From Lama guanicoe (taxonomy: Eukaryota): a stretch of DNA of 64,000 nt. How positions within the stretch are numbered: position 1 is the stretch's first letter; every line of letters starts with the position of its first letter. Where the stretch lies: contig MU053876.1 in the NCBI GenBank assembly GCA_013239625.1, positions 237,394 through 301,393 of the forward strand, written 5' to 3'. The position numbers were made by a program, and so were the translations under genes. The notes beneath the pieces are model-generated. The model saw nothing but the letters and a program-made list of their open reading frames with translations. It made no database searches and was not told the DNA's origin. Of this stretch, positions 24,316 through 38,979 are shown one piece after another.

Positions 24316-24442
24316 TTTCTTTTTTTTGGAGGGGGGAGGTAAACAGATTTGTTTATTTATTTGAACAGAGGCACTGGGGATTGAACCCAGGACCTCGTGC
24401 ATGCTAAGCACGTGCTCTACCACTGAGCTACACCCTCCCCCC
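24316..24442 (-). mobile_element. Camelid tRNA-derived SINE (vic-1 type)
   Basis: Reverse complement reads gggggagggtgtagctcagtggtagagcacgtgcttagcatgcacgaggtcctgggttcaatcccc, with A/B boxes and an A-rich tail. Confidence 0.9.
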
Positions 24443-25384
24443 TCAAAGTGGCTCTTAACTCATATCTCCATTAGAATAAACTGTCTTATTTCAGGTGGCC
24501 TTTTTATTTGTTTTACCATTTTCCCATGTAACTTCATAATTTTTTCTTGCAATGTATTTAAAGGTGTTAATAATAACCACAATAAAAAATAAATAAAGAC
24601 AGCAACTGAAATATACTGAGCATTAAATACGTACCAGGCACTATAATGAGTCCTCTGTTAGCTCACATGAACGTCACAGAACCTGGGCGATAAGCACTAC
24701 TATCACCTTCACTTACCAGAGGAGGACACGGAGCCCTCAGGAGGTTACACCACATTTCTAAGACACACAATGTAGCAAGGACTGGCCTAGAATCAGGCCT
24801 TTTTAGTTCAAAAAAAAAAAACAAAACACTTGGAACTACTGTGGAATCCCACGCACTCCTTTCCACCACCAGAAAAAGCTCCAGACCCAGCAGAAATCCC
24901 CAGGCGCACAGGGGAAGGAAGACCCTGCCAGGCATCTCGCGTGAGGTCACAGCCCAGACCTGGGGTGGCTCAGCACACCCCATCGCTACCACGGGATAAA
25001 AAGAAGACACAGCTCACTGCTCCCACCTTCTTAGCAATCATCTAAAATAAAATGACATCAGACACCTCACCCTCTGGGTGCACACCTCATCTTCCAGAAT
25101 TCTTATAAAATATATTTGAATATTTAAAGTAAGGATCTTACCCACTAGCAAGTGGCTTCTTCAAACAGTATATAATGAAACAACAAATTCTGTTTCGGAT
25201 TTTAAGTGCTATCAGACTTTGAAAGGCAGACATTAGCACAACCTAGTGTGGCCGAGGAAAGTGCCGAATCACCCCGTCTTTGAAAAAACAGTCTACATGT
25301 AAAAGAGGCTTTAAGTCTCCCCAAATATTAGAACCCATGGGCATCATTAATCAAGACAGAGGTGGAGGATCTGGACAGTGACAA

Positions 25385-25486
25385 AGCAAGAAAAATACAA
25401 GTGTGCATGACTGGGGCGTGACGCTGGACACCAGAAATTGACACATTGTAACTGACTGTATTTCAGTAGAAAAGAGAGAAATAAAA
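25385..25486 (+). mobile_element. Short camelid-type L1 3' end
   Basis: gcatgactgggg...ggacaccagaaattgacacattgtaactgactgtatttca plus an A-rich tail. Confidence 0.75.
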
Positions 25487-25993
25487 GGATGAGTTTGGTT
25501 CCTACCACCTTTGTGTTACACGTTCCCCCTCTGCTCCCTCCTCCAGCCTCCAAAGTTAAACACCTACTCACTAACATACACAGATCAGAGCAACCAACAA
25601 AGAAGCTGACACACTTCCGACCACGGAGCCTTCTGGGCTTCCTTGCCATCCCCTAGCAAGAAGTGGGACCACACAAAAGCAGCAGTGCCTGAAATAATGC
25701 TGGTAATGTAAGCAGTGAACTAACCTATACTGCAGTTTTTCATTCTTGCAGGTGGTTTGACAGCCTATTCTGGGCCGAAGTGTGGGCCACGAGAGACCAT
25801 TAACCGCCACTCACGGTGGGTCCAGGAAAGGCCTTGGTCTAGACTTGTGGGATGGAAATGGTGAGAGCAGGCAGGACCTGTGAGGTCACTAATCTGACCC
25901 TTACTCAATTCATAACGTCCTTTCTAGTTCATCTCACTGTGTAAACACTGCGGTTACAGAAAATTCCTTGTCTTACACGGTAGCCAGTTCCAC

Positions 25994-26030
25994 TGTGTGT
26001 GTGTGTGTGTGCGCGCGCACACACGCGCGC
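25994..26030. repeat. (TG)n(CG)n(CA)n microsatellite
   Basis: tgtgtgtgtgtgtgtgtgcgcgcgcacacacgcgcgc read directly. Confidence 0.9.
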
Positions 26031-29000
26031 TGGGGTGGGGTGAGGTGGGGGGGAAATTTATAGCCTGAAAAAAACCTAGAGTTAAGTCTATGGCTGCCTC
26101 ATCATCAAATATATACGAAATACCATTCCTATCTTCTCCTTGTCCTGGTTCAGAGCCAGTGTGAACACTTGCTCCGCCCTGCTCACTGGATATGGTTTCC
26201 AGATTATTGACAAAACCGGGTCACCCTCCTCATACTCTGCTGGTTTGTCAAATTTATTTACAAAGGATTTGAAACAGCTTGGCACTTCCCTTAAAAGGTG
26301 GCATTCAAAAGTAAGTTTTTCATATCCAAACACAGCAGGCAATTCGAATATACAAATAACCATGGCTGTGTCCCTCTTAACAAAATAAATATATACATCA
26401 ATATCTAACAAGAATCATTTGTAGAGAATCATGAAAAGAATGGTGTACCACCAGCCATTCCACATCCTGTCTTCTCTTAGCTGAAGTAACAAATACTTCT
26501 ACGTCATAAAAAATTAGTCTGTGGCACCATTAAAAGGCAGTTAATCAGTTTTCTTTTAATCCATCACAGTCACACCAACAGCCAAAGTAGAAATACCACA
26601 CCACAAAACACCATCCAAAAGCCACTAAAGACAGTGCAGGGACAGGGGATGGTCTCCGCAACTCAAAGTGAACACACACACACACACACACACGCAAGCG
26701 CACATATGTCCACTGATGCCTCAGGAGGAAAACTCAGGGTCTGCGAGAAAAGATTGAAGAAATACACTTCTACTGCATGCTGGCAGTTTGTGCATGAGTC
26801 ACCTTTACAAAACGTAATTTAAAAAAAGAAAGAAAACACAGCAATAGTCTTGGACGGAGGAGAGGGGAGGGGGCAGCCCAGGAGAGAGGAGCCCTGGCTT
26901 TGATGCGCAGAAAGGTCATCTCTCATTTTTTCCCTCCTTCAGCAACCCTTTCCTTGAATTGCTGCTTAGCAACACAGGGCGGGAACCGCTCCTGATCTCA
27001 CTGGGGACACTCCTGCACCCATGGCTTAATTTTATCCAATGCTAACTGTTCTCACATGCAAACCTGAACACTCCCTTTTGCAAAACTGAGAGCTGCACGG
27101 CGTACCAACGCCCAGGGAAGCACTCTCCCAAGGTGACAGGACACCGTCAAGTCACACCATTGTCTTTCTCTTCATTTAACACGGTCACACCAGCTGCCAA
27201 TGGAAGAGATCCGACAAGGATAACACGTGCTCCCTGGCTAACAAACGGGTCCAAAGTCTCAGTTTTAAAGAAGGAAAAAGAATAAAAGACATGTCATGCT
27301 AAATTTAATTAGACATTTAACGAGTGTAGTGTCCTGAGTTAACCAGGCAGATCCTTCCTTTCAGTTCTGGCCGCAGTTTATTTAAAGACTTTACAATTTT
27401 ACTACTGAAGAGCAAGTCCTATGGAGGTGTTATCTCACCATTTATATTTTCACAACACTTATGATATTGCTATCACACTCTTAAAATAAATAAAAACCCA
27501 TGCCGTGTTTCAGACCAATATAATGCTACACACTCTACTTTGATTTCTGGCAATAAACATTAAAATAATTTTGTATTGTTCACTTTATTCTTGAGAGGTT
27601 GAATATTAGAAAAAAAATCTTAGTTTTACTTTTGTTTTAAGTTCCAGGTATGTGTGAAAAGCTGAGGTTTTAATCACTCGGTTTTAAAATTAGATACTAG
27701 AAAATACCTCATTATGAAATTCTGACAATAATAGCATTTTATGACCAAGTTATTATGCTTTTAATTTTCTATTAAGTGGCGATTTATTAGCTTCCTACTT
27801 TAAAGATTAGACTGTGTACAGAATGAATTTAGTGGTGCATTTAATGAGACAAGGAGGTGGAAGGATGAACACGATTCTTCTACGTGGTGGTGCATGAGCT
27901 ATTTGAGAATTCTGACATAGTACAAAAGAAAGCTTCTCTCTAGATTGACCATGGTTCAGTTAACATCACTGAATATCTAATACCTCCAACTCAATTAATT
28001 CTCACCTGATTAAGATCAGACTGATATTCAAACTAAATCATCTCTCCAGTCAAGTAGAAATCAATATTTCTGATTTTACTTTTAAATTACAATAGGAAAT
28101 AAAATGCACACATCTTCAATATGCCAAGAGTTGCTTTTCTATTCTAGTCTACCATGGCATGGATAACACAGTTGATTAAAGAATTATTCTAATTTGAGCA
28201 CCGATATGTAGCAGGGTCTGATTAATTTGAACACAGAGATGGAATACAGTAATTAAATATATCTTACACAGGGCAAATAGAAAATTGACATACAAGAAAG
28301 CTGACTTCTTTAAAACAAACTTCGCTATTTATCAGCTCCCGCAGCTAGACGTGCGCCTCGATGAAGGACTCCTCACTCGTGGAGAGGAATCCTGTTTTGG
28401 GCGCAGATGTCTACGAGGTGGGCAAAGAAGACAAACAGAGGTCACCCTCTGTCCAGCACTGCCACCTCCAAGGAGCTCTCAGACACCTGAAAACAACCGA
28501 ACTACGTCTATGACTTCCAGAAAGAGCAGGACATGCTGACCCACCCCTGCCCCGCAGGGTGAAGGGCAGTGAATCCCGAATTAACAAAAGGCTGGCGTAT
28601 CTGTAACTTAGACTGCTCAAGAGAACCAGGAGGAGGTTCTCCTCCCCTTTCAGTCCTTAACCCTCTGCCAATCCAACACGGAGGAGAAAAGGAAAGCCGA
28701 AGCATTTGCGGGACTGACCGAATAGAAGACTGCTGTTTGGCTTGTAGCAAACTCAACAATTCAGATGAAAACAACAAAAAAAATTTCAAATTTTAAACCA
28801 CAGATTCAAGAAAGCAAAATCACAGCTATAAACACTATTTATTAGGATCGAAAATAACAATACAATTTAGAGTACTTAGTGTATGCCAAACATTGCTCAT
28901 TACATATATTTATTACATACATTATTTGTAATATATATTTTATTATATTATATGTTATATGTATAAAAATTATATATTTTATAAAATATATGAAGTATAT

Positions 29001-29449
29001 TTTTATTATATATATTTTTAAACCTCACAAAGTAGGTTATTACCATTACTAAATAATTTTTAGCTGTTACCTTAGATGTGCCTTTTCTAGTGTCTTAGAT
29101 AAATCACTTCACAGAAAAGGAGGAACCAAAGAATTCTGTAAATTAATCCAGAAATTTAGATTTCCAAAATTCACATCCTATGACAAACAGCCATAGAAGT
29201 TACCTATAGACCACACTAAGGGCATGAAAATCGACATTTGTTACCATATGATAGTCTCCAAAGACGAAGAATTTGAGACTGGGGCTGCCCGTGCAGCGTG
29301 GAGGCTGGGCCGTCAGCATGTTCTATACTGAAGGGTAGCCTTCAGTCTCACCAAAGACTCTGCCCTGTTTTTCTTGACCCACACAGACATCTCACTTTGA
29401 TTGTCTTATGACTGAAGCATATTTCAGGGGAAATATTTCTCTAATATGA

Positions 29450-29800
29450 ATACTATTTACACACAAAATATTTATAAAATATATTTACATATAAATAGTG
29501 TATTTTATAAATATAAATATAAAATATATTTATAATATAAATTAAATACAGAAATAAAAATACATAAAAGAAAATAAAAATATATATAAAAATATATACA
29601 GAAGTAAAAATAAAAATATATATAAATATATGCATAAATATTTTATAATATATAAAACATGTTATAATTATATATTATATAAAGTATATGTGATATATAT
29701 CTTATTATATATTATATATTTTAAATATATAATAAATTAAAAATATAATATATATTAAAATATATGTATATTACAAAATGTTTTATACATATATAAAAAT
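29450..29800. repeat. AT-rich low-complexity tract (a second tract lies at ~28900-29020)
   Basis: Near-pure A/T degenerate TA repeats. Confidence 0.9.
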
Positions 29801-30689
29801 CACACTGTAAGCACAAAGACCAATGAGCTGGTGCACAGGCCCCATGTCTAAAGGTGCAGCTGTCACTTTATTTGAGATCACGGTCTGCCTTGTAGGAATG
29901 GAAACAGCACCGCCAGATCTGAGGATTCATGTTTTCAAAGCTAGAATGTCTGTTTTATGTAAAACCTCACAATTTTAAGGAGCTTAGTTAACTGTTTCCT
30001 AAGACACCAAGCAGAGGGAAGACGAGCTATGTCTGTGTGCACAGTGGCTCCTAACTAAAGGCTGAGGCCCGTGTCCAGCTTGCGAATCTTCCTAGAACCC
30101 TTCACCTCTGGAGTAACCACGCATGTGTGGTGTGCCCTCCAAAACCTACCAGCAGTCATCTGACAACTCCCAGAGCAGCGTCTCCTATTTACTCTAAGTC
30201 ACATCACAGCCCCAGAAGCAGAGGAATTCAATGGGGATGGTCCCAGCTCTGAAGCCCCGACCCTCAGTCCCACAGGTCCCCACCTTTCCATGGTCCTGCG
30301 AGGCCAGCTCAGTCATGGTGGATGGAGTACAGTTACTGCCTTTCAGGAACCAACCCCAGGGAACCGAGCGGGGCCCTTCCCTGAAGGCTGGCATCTCCGT
30401 CAGCTGCTGGCCCTCTCTGAACGTGCGCACCAAGAAGCACTGTTTCATCTGAGTGGATACTACTTTATGAAATAAGCAAGGCCTTTCTTTTCCTCCTTGA
30501 TTAAATAATCAGACTAGCTAACGAGTGGTCTGTCTGCCGCCCTCAAGGAGTTTCCAATGGCGCAGCAAGGCAATGACGTGCATTCAAGTGGACAGACACC
30601 GTGGCAAAAGGACACCAAACATCACACGGCAGGGGCAGGCTGACCACCAAGGGGGCAAGTGCAGTAACTAATGTAAGAGTTCGCAGGTG

Positions 30690-30795
30690 AGAATATGGAA
30701 GTGAATATACGTATATTTATGTATGACTGAAGCATTGTGCTGTACACCAGAAATAGACACACTGTAAACTGATTATAACTCAATTAAAAAAAAAA
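30690..30795 (+). mobile_element. Short camelid-type L1 3' end with poly(A)
   Basis: tatgtatgactgaagcattgtgctgtacaccagaaatagacac...caattaaaaaaaaaa, with degenerate flanking gcaggtg repeats. Confidence 0.8.
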
Positions 30796-33034
30796 TGGTC
30801 TGCAGGTGGAGGGAAGGGCTCACCACAGCCACCAGAGAAGCAGCAGAGAACTTACAGGACTGTCCCACACTGGCAAAGCCGGACAGAATAGTCCCAGGAA
30901 ATGTAAAACTACAATCTTTACCTTTCTTCTCCTCCTAAATAGGCCACTAAACAGCCTGTGAATACAGGTGATGAAATGAACAACTATTTTAAATGTTGCT
31001 GTAACTTTACACTGTCAGAATCCAATACAACAGCTGTGGATTATACTACACGCGTAAAGAAAGCATTATGGCGAAATCTAACAGGTCAAAACATGTGGCT
31101 TGGGCTTAAGAAGCTACTTTATGTAAGACACTGCTAAAGTAGAATTTTACTTTTGGCCTACATTTTATTAGTTAAGTTTCATTAAAATAAAAAACCAATA
31201 AAAATTAAATTAAAACATAAAATATTTAAAATGTAACAGTGAAAAAGTATTTGGAAAGTGTCTGCCCTAGAAGAGGAGAAAGTGGCTGTCACAGAGTCTT
31301 ACTTGTTAGAATCCACAAAGAATATTTTTAATTTTAAACTAGAATGTCAACAGGGTTGATTGAAATAGAGAAATAAATAAATGCTAAGTAATTACTAAGG
31401 AAGTTTTGTTTATGGAAATGAATAATTCAGTGTTTTACAAAGTAAATTCAAACAGCAGCTGCTTTGCTGACATTAAGCTAAAAAGAGCCTTCTCAAAATG
31501 TACAAACTTTACAACTACAGGCTCATCATATTTTTTAATGTCAAACGGAACTTATTTCCTGGGTCTTCTGGTTTTAGATAAAATATTACATGGTTAGAGT
31601 TGTAGTCAGCCAACCATCTAAGGAGTCTCGCCATGACATTTACATGGGCCGTGTCTGTCACATTCGAGTTAACTGAATATATGCATAATTCCTGGGCTGT
31701 GAAGTCTTACAACAGCTGGGAGGGAGAGGAATTCAGATTTCTCCCAGTCTGTTCCCAACCCACTTGGTCCTGGATTTTATGCAGATCTCAAAATGAATCC
31801 AGAGGCTGCCTTTGCCTCTACTATGGTTTCATCTGCCTCCCAACTACTTGCTCCCAGTTATAGGGAAGGAAATCTCCCTCCTTCAAAAAGAAATGAACCC
31901 CAACTTAAAAAAAACAAGCACACTTGAGAGAAACTGCACGTATCAAATTAAGGTCATTTTTACTGAACAATTTATCCGTAGTTTTCGTAAGGATCAGTTT
32001 CTCAAAACAGCAGCTCCTCTAGAAACCTGGAAAATACTCTCAAAGATCAATTTGAAATTAAAACACTTCCAATCAGTCACATAAGACAAAGGGAAAACCA
32101 GGTTCCACTTACATAAAATTTTTTTTAGGTTTATCTATTGCCTAATGCAAACTGCAGTCTGCAACTCTTTGGTGGATCCTGAAAATTTAGTAGACTGCAA
32201 GCAACATTTGTTTTTAAAAACGAAAGAGAAGTGGAAATTTCATCTATCTGAATGCACACATACACACAAACGTGTACATGCAGGTATACATACACCGGCT
32301 TGTACTTTAAAGTGTCTTTCTTACCACAGGTCAAGTGAAAAAAAGTGTTGAAAGCCGCTGACCTCATGCATGCTAATTCTCATCCTCTGCAACAGTAGAA
32401 AAACAACTCAAACAACATATTCTTCATTCCCTCTTGTGTTAAATATTAGTCCCCATTTCTACACACCAAGCCCTACTCTAGGTACTTGGAATAAATGGGT
32501 AAAAGGAAGCCAGGCTCTCTGTTCTCGTGAAGCATGTTCAAAAGAAGGAGACAGACAAGAAATACAATGTTGTGTAGCATGTCGGGATGTGGAAAAAGTT
32601 ACAGGAATAAAGGAGTGGGGGGAAGGGTGAACATGGGAGGGTGGAGACAGTGGGCTGTGTTTTCTGTAGGGTTGGCAAAGCAGGACCCTCTGAGAATTTG
32701 GGGGGGAAACTCAAAGGAACTAAAGGAATCAATAACATTCTTTGTATATCCAATGGCAGCGTCATACAAATACTTTAGTTTCTAATTGTACACATGACAG
32801 ATCAAGAAATGTTTAGGAGGAAAAGGGACATGGGGGAAGACTAACTCTAGATAAGACAAAATTTCCAGGGCTGGATTCCTAAACACAAGGCAGGTGGCCC
32901 CTCCACTAACCACTCAAGGGAAGGCATGGTGCCAACAACTTTACTCTCGTGGGAAACAGACAGGGCTTAATTTTAAGATGCCACTAAAATAAAAGTGAAG
33001 ACTGAAGATACAAGAAACACACAAAAAGCATTCA

Positions 33035-33260
33035 AAATTTGTAGATTCTGACAGGTATATATAGAATAGATGAACAAGATTATACCGTACAGCACAGGGC
33101 AACGTATACAAGATCTTGTGGTAGCTCACGGTGAAAAAGTATGCGACAAGGAATATATGTATGTCCATGTATAACTGAAAATTGTGCTCTACACTGGAAA
33201 TTGACACAACATTGTAAATTGACTACAAGTCAACAAAATAAAATTTAAAAAAATTTTAAA
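33035..33260 (+). mobile_element. Camelid-type L1 3' end
   Basis: tacagcacagggcaac...tgtgctctacactggaaattgacacaacattgtaaattgactac plus an A-rich tail. Confidence 0.8.
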
Positions 33261-35969
33261 AAGCGATTTAAAGTCTTAAAGCAAAATGAGCTCAGATTAA
33301 AATAAGTCTATTGAAAAACATTCACCTGCGGTATTTCTAGGGCAGCAAACAGCATCCTCTACTCCTTCCAGCATCTATACACTTTTTAATCTTTGTTTTT
33401 CTAGAAAATCAGTAACATAAACTAAGCATCTCTGTGCCTTCGACCAGGGTAACAAAAGAATGAAGAAATACGTTTATCTGCTTGCCCAAGTCTGATTTCT
33501 AGTATGACCAGTACCATGAGAACTAGGGAAATGAGCACTGGCTGCTGTTTTGGAAAGATAAATCTATACGCAGCCCTCCTAGCATGCACAAAGAACCTAA
33601 GTCCTCTACTTTGAATAAGTCAGTGAACACAGATTCCCTGGAGAGAAGATGGGGAAAATAAGATGAAAATGATTTTTTTAGTTCATGAAAATGAAACAGC
33701 ATGAACAAATTTACGACTCCTGGTATCATTACTTTATGTTGCCTTTAACTTACCTATGTTAGTTTCCACTAGCTTTTTAACTTGTAATTACAGAGTTTTC
33801 TTCCCTTATATTATTTACGAAACACAAGTAGTTTCGTAGTTAACTTCTGATAGTCACTAAGGTCCACGAAGTTATACAAGCGCTTTATCTTACTTCTTAA
33901 AAGTCTATAAAAAGTTCTCCCAAATCCATCTGACATCTGAAGTGGCTAATAAGTTTGTTTGTCCTATATTGTATGAGAGAGATGTTTATTTCATCCAAGA
34001 AAAAAAAAACATTATCCCCAAATTTTGCATTTAACTCCTTGTGTGCAACATTAGAAAGCTATTAGAAAGTTATCGAAAGTCTGAAAATAAAGCAATGGGG
34101 AAATTTTCATGTATCAGTGGGGAAAAGGCATGTGTCTTTGTCATCACAGCAATTGAGTGAGGCACTCAAAATTGCAACGCGCGTCGTATCACTTTGCGGA
34201 TGGAATTCAGTGATGTAACTGCCCCACAGCTCGCACGACAGTATCAGTAATGGACAGGTGATGTTACGGTAAATAGGAAGGTCCTGTGATCACACTTTGT
34301 ACACAACTGGGCATTAATATCGTAAAGGCATTTTTTTTTAAATCACTAACTTTACATTTATTTTACCCAACTCAAGGGGGTTCTTCAAAATCTAACAATT
34401 ATTCTCTTCCCTTACTTAAAATCCACACAGTTCAAATTTAATTATATATGCAAAAGATAAGAGGTCTTAGAGGGAAAATTAGCATGGACTTTTACAGGAC
34501 CCAGAATAGGGTTGTGAGTTAAAAAAAAGAATACTCTGAAATGGGTGTATATTTTGTTTTAAAACCTTTTTGTAATGCTTTACAAAGGAAACCCAAGACG
34601 ACAGCAAACTTCTGTTATAAGCTGGGTATCCTCTTGAATGCCCCACAAGCATCTCCCTCAAACCCAGGGTGTCCAGGGCCATTGCTTCTGGCAAATCACA
34701 TGACATCAACCTCCTGGCACCACCAGCTTCTCTTCAGTGGTCTCTTCAATCACCAAGTCCTGCCAGCGTTTCCTGTGATTAAAGGTGAAGTTTCTCAGGC
34801 ATAAATGCAAATTTCTGTGTTTACATTTTTCAAAGCTTCCGAAGTTTAGAAGAGAATGACAGATAAACTCAATGTGACCCAATGACCATGAAGCAGGACA
34901 GAGTACTGGAACCGATCTTAGCGTCAATGTCGGGGTCGCAGTGCAGCTCACAGCCTCTCAGCGCCCTTCTCTGGGGACCGCACATCCGGGGGGTCATGAC
35001 AGATGAGCGTGTTCCTCCAGAAAGGGGATCGGATCGAGACATCTAAAAACCACAGGGTCTACACACACCGTGGTATGCGCCGGCCGCATCTTGGAAACCT
35101 ACCCAGGGCGTGCAGGGGAGAACTGAAAATATGTACATTTGATTGGAAATGAAGCCCAAGGAAGGGAACAAGACATGATTAGTGGTCGGCTAAGTGAAAT
35201 CGGGAGACCTTAAATGTCAGTGTAGCCTTGATCCTGTAGGCGGCGGGGAACGACAGGAGCTGAGACCGGCATCAACGTTGAGGGTGAAGTTAGGGAGGAG
35301 GAAGGAAAGGAAATTTTCTGCGTTGGGGAAGCTAGTCTATATGCTAACAGAACAATTCGGGCAATGGATACCGAGGACAGGTCTGCGTAAAAATGGCAGG
35401 ATATTTCAAGCTCATAAACCCTGCCTCAATAAAATAAACAAAAGGAGTTAAAAAAAAAAAGGAAAAACTGCCTAGCTTCCACAATACAAGGGGGATGTCT
35501 ACGGTCTCACAGCACAAGCTTTAGAAATTAGTTGTCAGGGAAGAAAGACAAGACCCCGGTGAGGCTCAGCTGCGCACGGCCCCCGGCCCCAGATCCACTG
35601 TCTGGAACAAACTGGGCAAAGACAATGAGCTGAAAAACCCCGAGAATTCAAGTGAGTAGCACCCCTCACTTTCCAGAGAAGCAGCCAGGGCATAAGCAGG
35701 AAGCCTAGAGCAAAGTGAAACACAAACAAAACCTCTAGAATAAAAGCCTCTGCCCCTTCCGAGGGCCCAGCACAACCAGGAGAGCAACCAAGGCTGGCAT
35801 TTCTCCGGCCTCACACTCAACAGAGGAGCACCCCGAGGCAGCCCCCCAGGGAAGGGGAAACTGTTCCCCATTCCCAGGCTTCGGGAAATACATAGAAGAA
35901 GCCCTCGGCCCTCACTGCAACCCATGAGGGACGACAAACATCAGAAAAAGGTGGCAGGAGTGTTAGAGA

Positions 35970-36200
35970 GAATTAACTCACAATTTTTGAGGTTTGCAAA
36001 TGATAACCACTATACATAAGAATAGATTCAAAAAAACACATTTCTTTTGTAGAGCACAGAGAACTATATTCAATATCTTGTAATAACCTTTAATGAAAAA
36101 GAGTATGAAAACGAGCATATGTATGTATATGTATGACTGGGACATGATGCTGGACACCAGAAACACACACTGTAAATGACTACACTTCAATAAAAAAAAA
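35970..36200 (+). mobile_element. Camelid-type L1 3' end
   Basis: Closely similar to the 13050-13365 copy; poly(A) at ~36191. Confidence 0.85.
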
Positions 36201-36535
36201 ATTTTTTTTTCAAGAGAAACAGCAGGGCAACGCTGCAAGCACACCCAAAGGAGAAGATTCATCTCAAATGTCACATTATATAAGAAACTAATAAAAACAT
36301 GAACTTAGGAAAGCTAGACTTCAAGGAATTGCTTACAAAACAGAGGGCAAGAGAAGTATAAATTGAAGACCTAAACAAATTCCTAATAGTGCTAATAAAT
36401 ATAACAGAAATATATAAGGAACAGAATAGACACAGCTACAATTCAAGTGAGAGATTTTATAAGAATAACTTAGGGTAATTGTGGTAAATACAGAGGAAAT
36501 GAAAAAAGGTAATGCAAACACAGAGAAAACCAAGG

Positions 36536-37012
36536 TGTGGGGTGGTGGCAGGTGGCCTCTCTGGGGGCTGCGATCCCAGGTACCCATGCCCGGGGTAAAC
36601 CACCCTTGAGGGCAGGCTAAACCAGTGGTCCCCTCCTGAGTAAGAAGGCAGCAACGTGGATGGGATGGGACATCCGTGCTATAATTAGGTTACAAAGGCT
36701 CACTGCTGCCTTCCCAGCTGACATGCTTTGAAGAAAACTGCCCTGTGGGCGAGGCTCACCAGGCAAGGAACAGAGGCTGTCAGCACAACAACCCTGGGGA
36801 AGCAGAGCGCTGCCAGTGCCCACCGAGCTAGGAAGCAGACCCTACCCCGGTCGAGGCTTCAGGTGAGCCTGGAGACCCTGAGCCAGTGCCTAACCACAGC
36901 AGAGGACCCAGCCCAGGCACGCTGAGTCCTGACCAATAGCAACTGTCACATAATAAATGTGTGTCATTTTGAGCCACTAAGTTTAGGGGTGATTTCTTAT
37001 CCTGCAAGTAAC
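36536..37012 (+). mobile_element. MLT1E/F-like MaLR LTR
   Basis: ...agaggacccagc...aataaatgtgtgtcattttgagccactaagtttagggg; a typical MLT1 3' end. Confidence 0.7.
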
Positions 37013-37129
37013 ATCAAGTGTTAACCCCATTTCAGAGTTCCAAGGATGACTGGCATCTTGGAGGTAGAGAATTCAAAAAAGGAAAAGAAACATATTTTCA
37101 ATGCCAATTTAAGAAAACTTTTCTGACAC

Positions 37130-37450
37130 GAAAAACTGAATCTATAAATCAAAAGGACACAGCATAGTCCAGAAAGAACTGATACAGAGCAATCCACACC
37201 AAAGATACTGAACTCAGGGATAAAGAAATAATTTTTAGTATCCAAGCAGAAAAATCAAATCAGCTATGGCAAGGTGTTTGCAAGGGGGGTGGGGATGAAA
37301 ATCAGACTGGCCTCAGACTTCCCAGAGCAACATTCAATGTCATGAAACATTAATGCGATGTGTACAAAGTTCTGAGGAAAGCAGACATGACCCATTCCAC
37401 ACGTCCAATTTATAAGGCAACAAACAAGTGGTCATCCTCAATCATCATAG
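37130..37450 (+). mobile_element. Old L1/HAL1 ORF1-like remnant
   Basis: aatcagactggcctcagacttccc...caaagttctgagg resembles the ORF1 IRLxSDF/KVL motifs. Confidence 0.55.
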
Positions 37451-38979
37451 ATATTAAGGACCCTAGAAACCAAAGACTGTTCTTAAATAAACTATGTGAT
37501 GATGAAATCTAGCCAGTCAAGCAATGGATCAAAATAAAGAAAGAAAAAGAGGAGAAGAGGTGATGAGTACTGAATTTATGGTTACACAAAAGAACAGAAG
37601 TGTTAGAAATTGTGACACAACTTACAAAACCTGGGACCCTAAAAGACGGTGTGGCAGGGGTATAATAATACTTTCAATCCTGTCCAAAATTAGAATGTGA
37701 AGTTAAAAAACACAACTCGGCCTTATTAAGGGCTTTTATGTAATCTTTTCTTAAAATCTGAGGCAAATTTGGAAGTTATAGACTTTTAATCAAGAAACTT
37801 TTACCTGAACTTCAGCAAATCTTTCAGTTTAGTTTTGTTCTGTTTTGCTAAATTCAGCTATTAAAAATCATGTGTTTTATGTAATTCCTTCTGTATATGT
37901 TCACAGAGAGACACCTGTATTTGTGAATGTCGACATTCAGGGTAATTTGGGGGAGGGGCTTTTATATTTTCCCTATTCTTTACATTGTATAAATTGAGTA
38001 TTGATAATTTTTATTAAAAGAATGGTGTTTTCTAAAACACTAATAATCAGATGCAAGGGGAAGTAAATAAAAGTCTGAACTGGAGTAGAGGTATTGAAAA
38101 CTGAAGGTCTCACATATTGTCGGAAAAATTCCTGAGCTGAGAGTAGTTAACCCCAAAAGCTCCATCTAACACTAAGTTTCTAAGATCACAGAATTTCCCT
38201 AAATAAAAACCTTTGCTACATGGAAATCCCTGTTTTCTATCATATTAGGTCTAGACTTTTGTGCTTGGCTTTCCAGGAGCACCAAAAATTCTTCTCACTG
38301 TCCCACAACACTGTCCCATAACACTGAATTGTGTTATATTCAACTTTAATGTTTTAATTCCTATTGGGGATATCTTCTAAATAGAAAGGTAATTTAGATG
38401 GTATGCCTTTATAGGCTATTTCTGCCCTAAGACTTAATAAGACAAAAAATGGAGTTAAAAAGAAACAAACAAAACTCTCTAAATCTAACCTAGCTAAAAA
38501 GTCTATTTGCTGCATAGAAGTCTCCCTAAACTCTTGGAATTTAACTAAAATATTCTTTCAGAATTCCTAGAGCATTCACAGACTCTTAATATAAAAACTT
38601 AACTCTTAAATTAATACTGCTTTGTAAATTATATTAGTTAACTAAAAAAAAACACATAAAAACAACCTAAAAGAATACAAAAATTAAGAATATTAAGTTA
38701 AATATAATTCATTGAAAAATGTTAAAGAAAATGTTAAAGATTTTAAAAATTTTAATTAAAATTTTCAAATAAATCTGATTTGAAATATGTACTTAAAAGC
38801 TTTGATATCTCACACTGGGGCTTAAAAAGATAATTTTATGCATTTATATGGAATGCTATAATTTATAAATTGTTTTAATGCTCATTTTTCATTTACTTCC
38901 CCAAATAATTTTACAATAAGTATTCACAAAGGGACTGTAAGTACATTTAAAAACTAGAAACTATAAAATTCAAACTTAC

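Noticed and set aside
24316..24442. tRNA-Ala-like sequences here and at six other sites
   Set aside because: They are SINE heads with A-rich tails and degenerate stems, several with TSDs, not tRNA genes.
26088..26411. 107-aa minus ORF with protein-like composition
   Set aside because: Non-ATG start, no convincing flanking splice sites and no recognised homology; a BLASTp/PhyloCSF check would settle it.
32106..32195. Further AG...GT-bounded minus-strand units (also ~42545-42682)
   Set aside because: Weaker sites with early stops; such pseudo-exons are expected by chance in a 46 kb intron.
33816..34180. Small hairpins (tacgaaac/gtttcgta; gcaattgagtg/cactcaaaattgc)
   Set aside because: Stems of 8-11 bp are too short for a pre-miRNA and match no known RNA motif.
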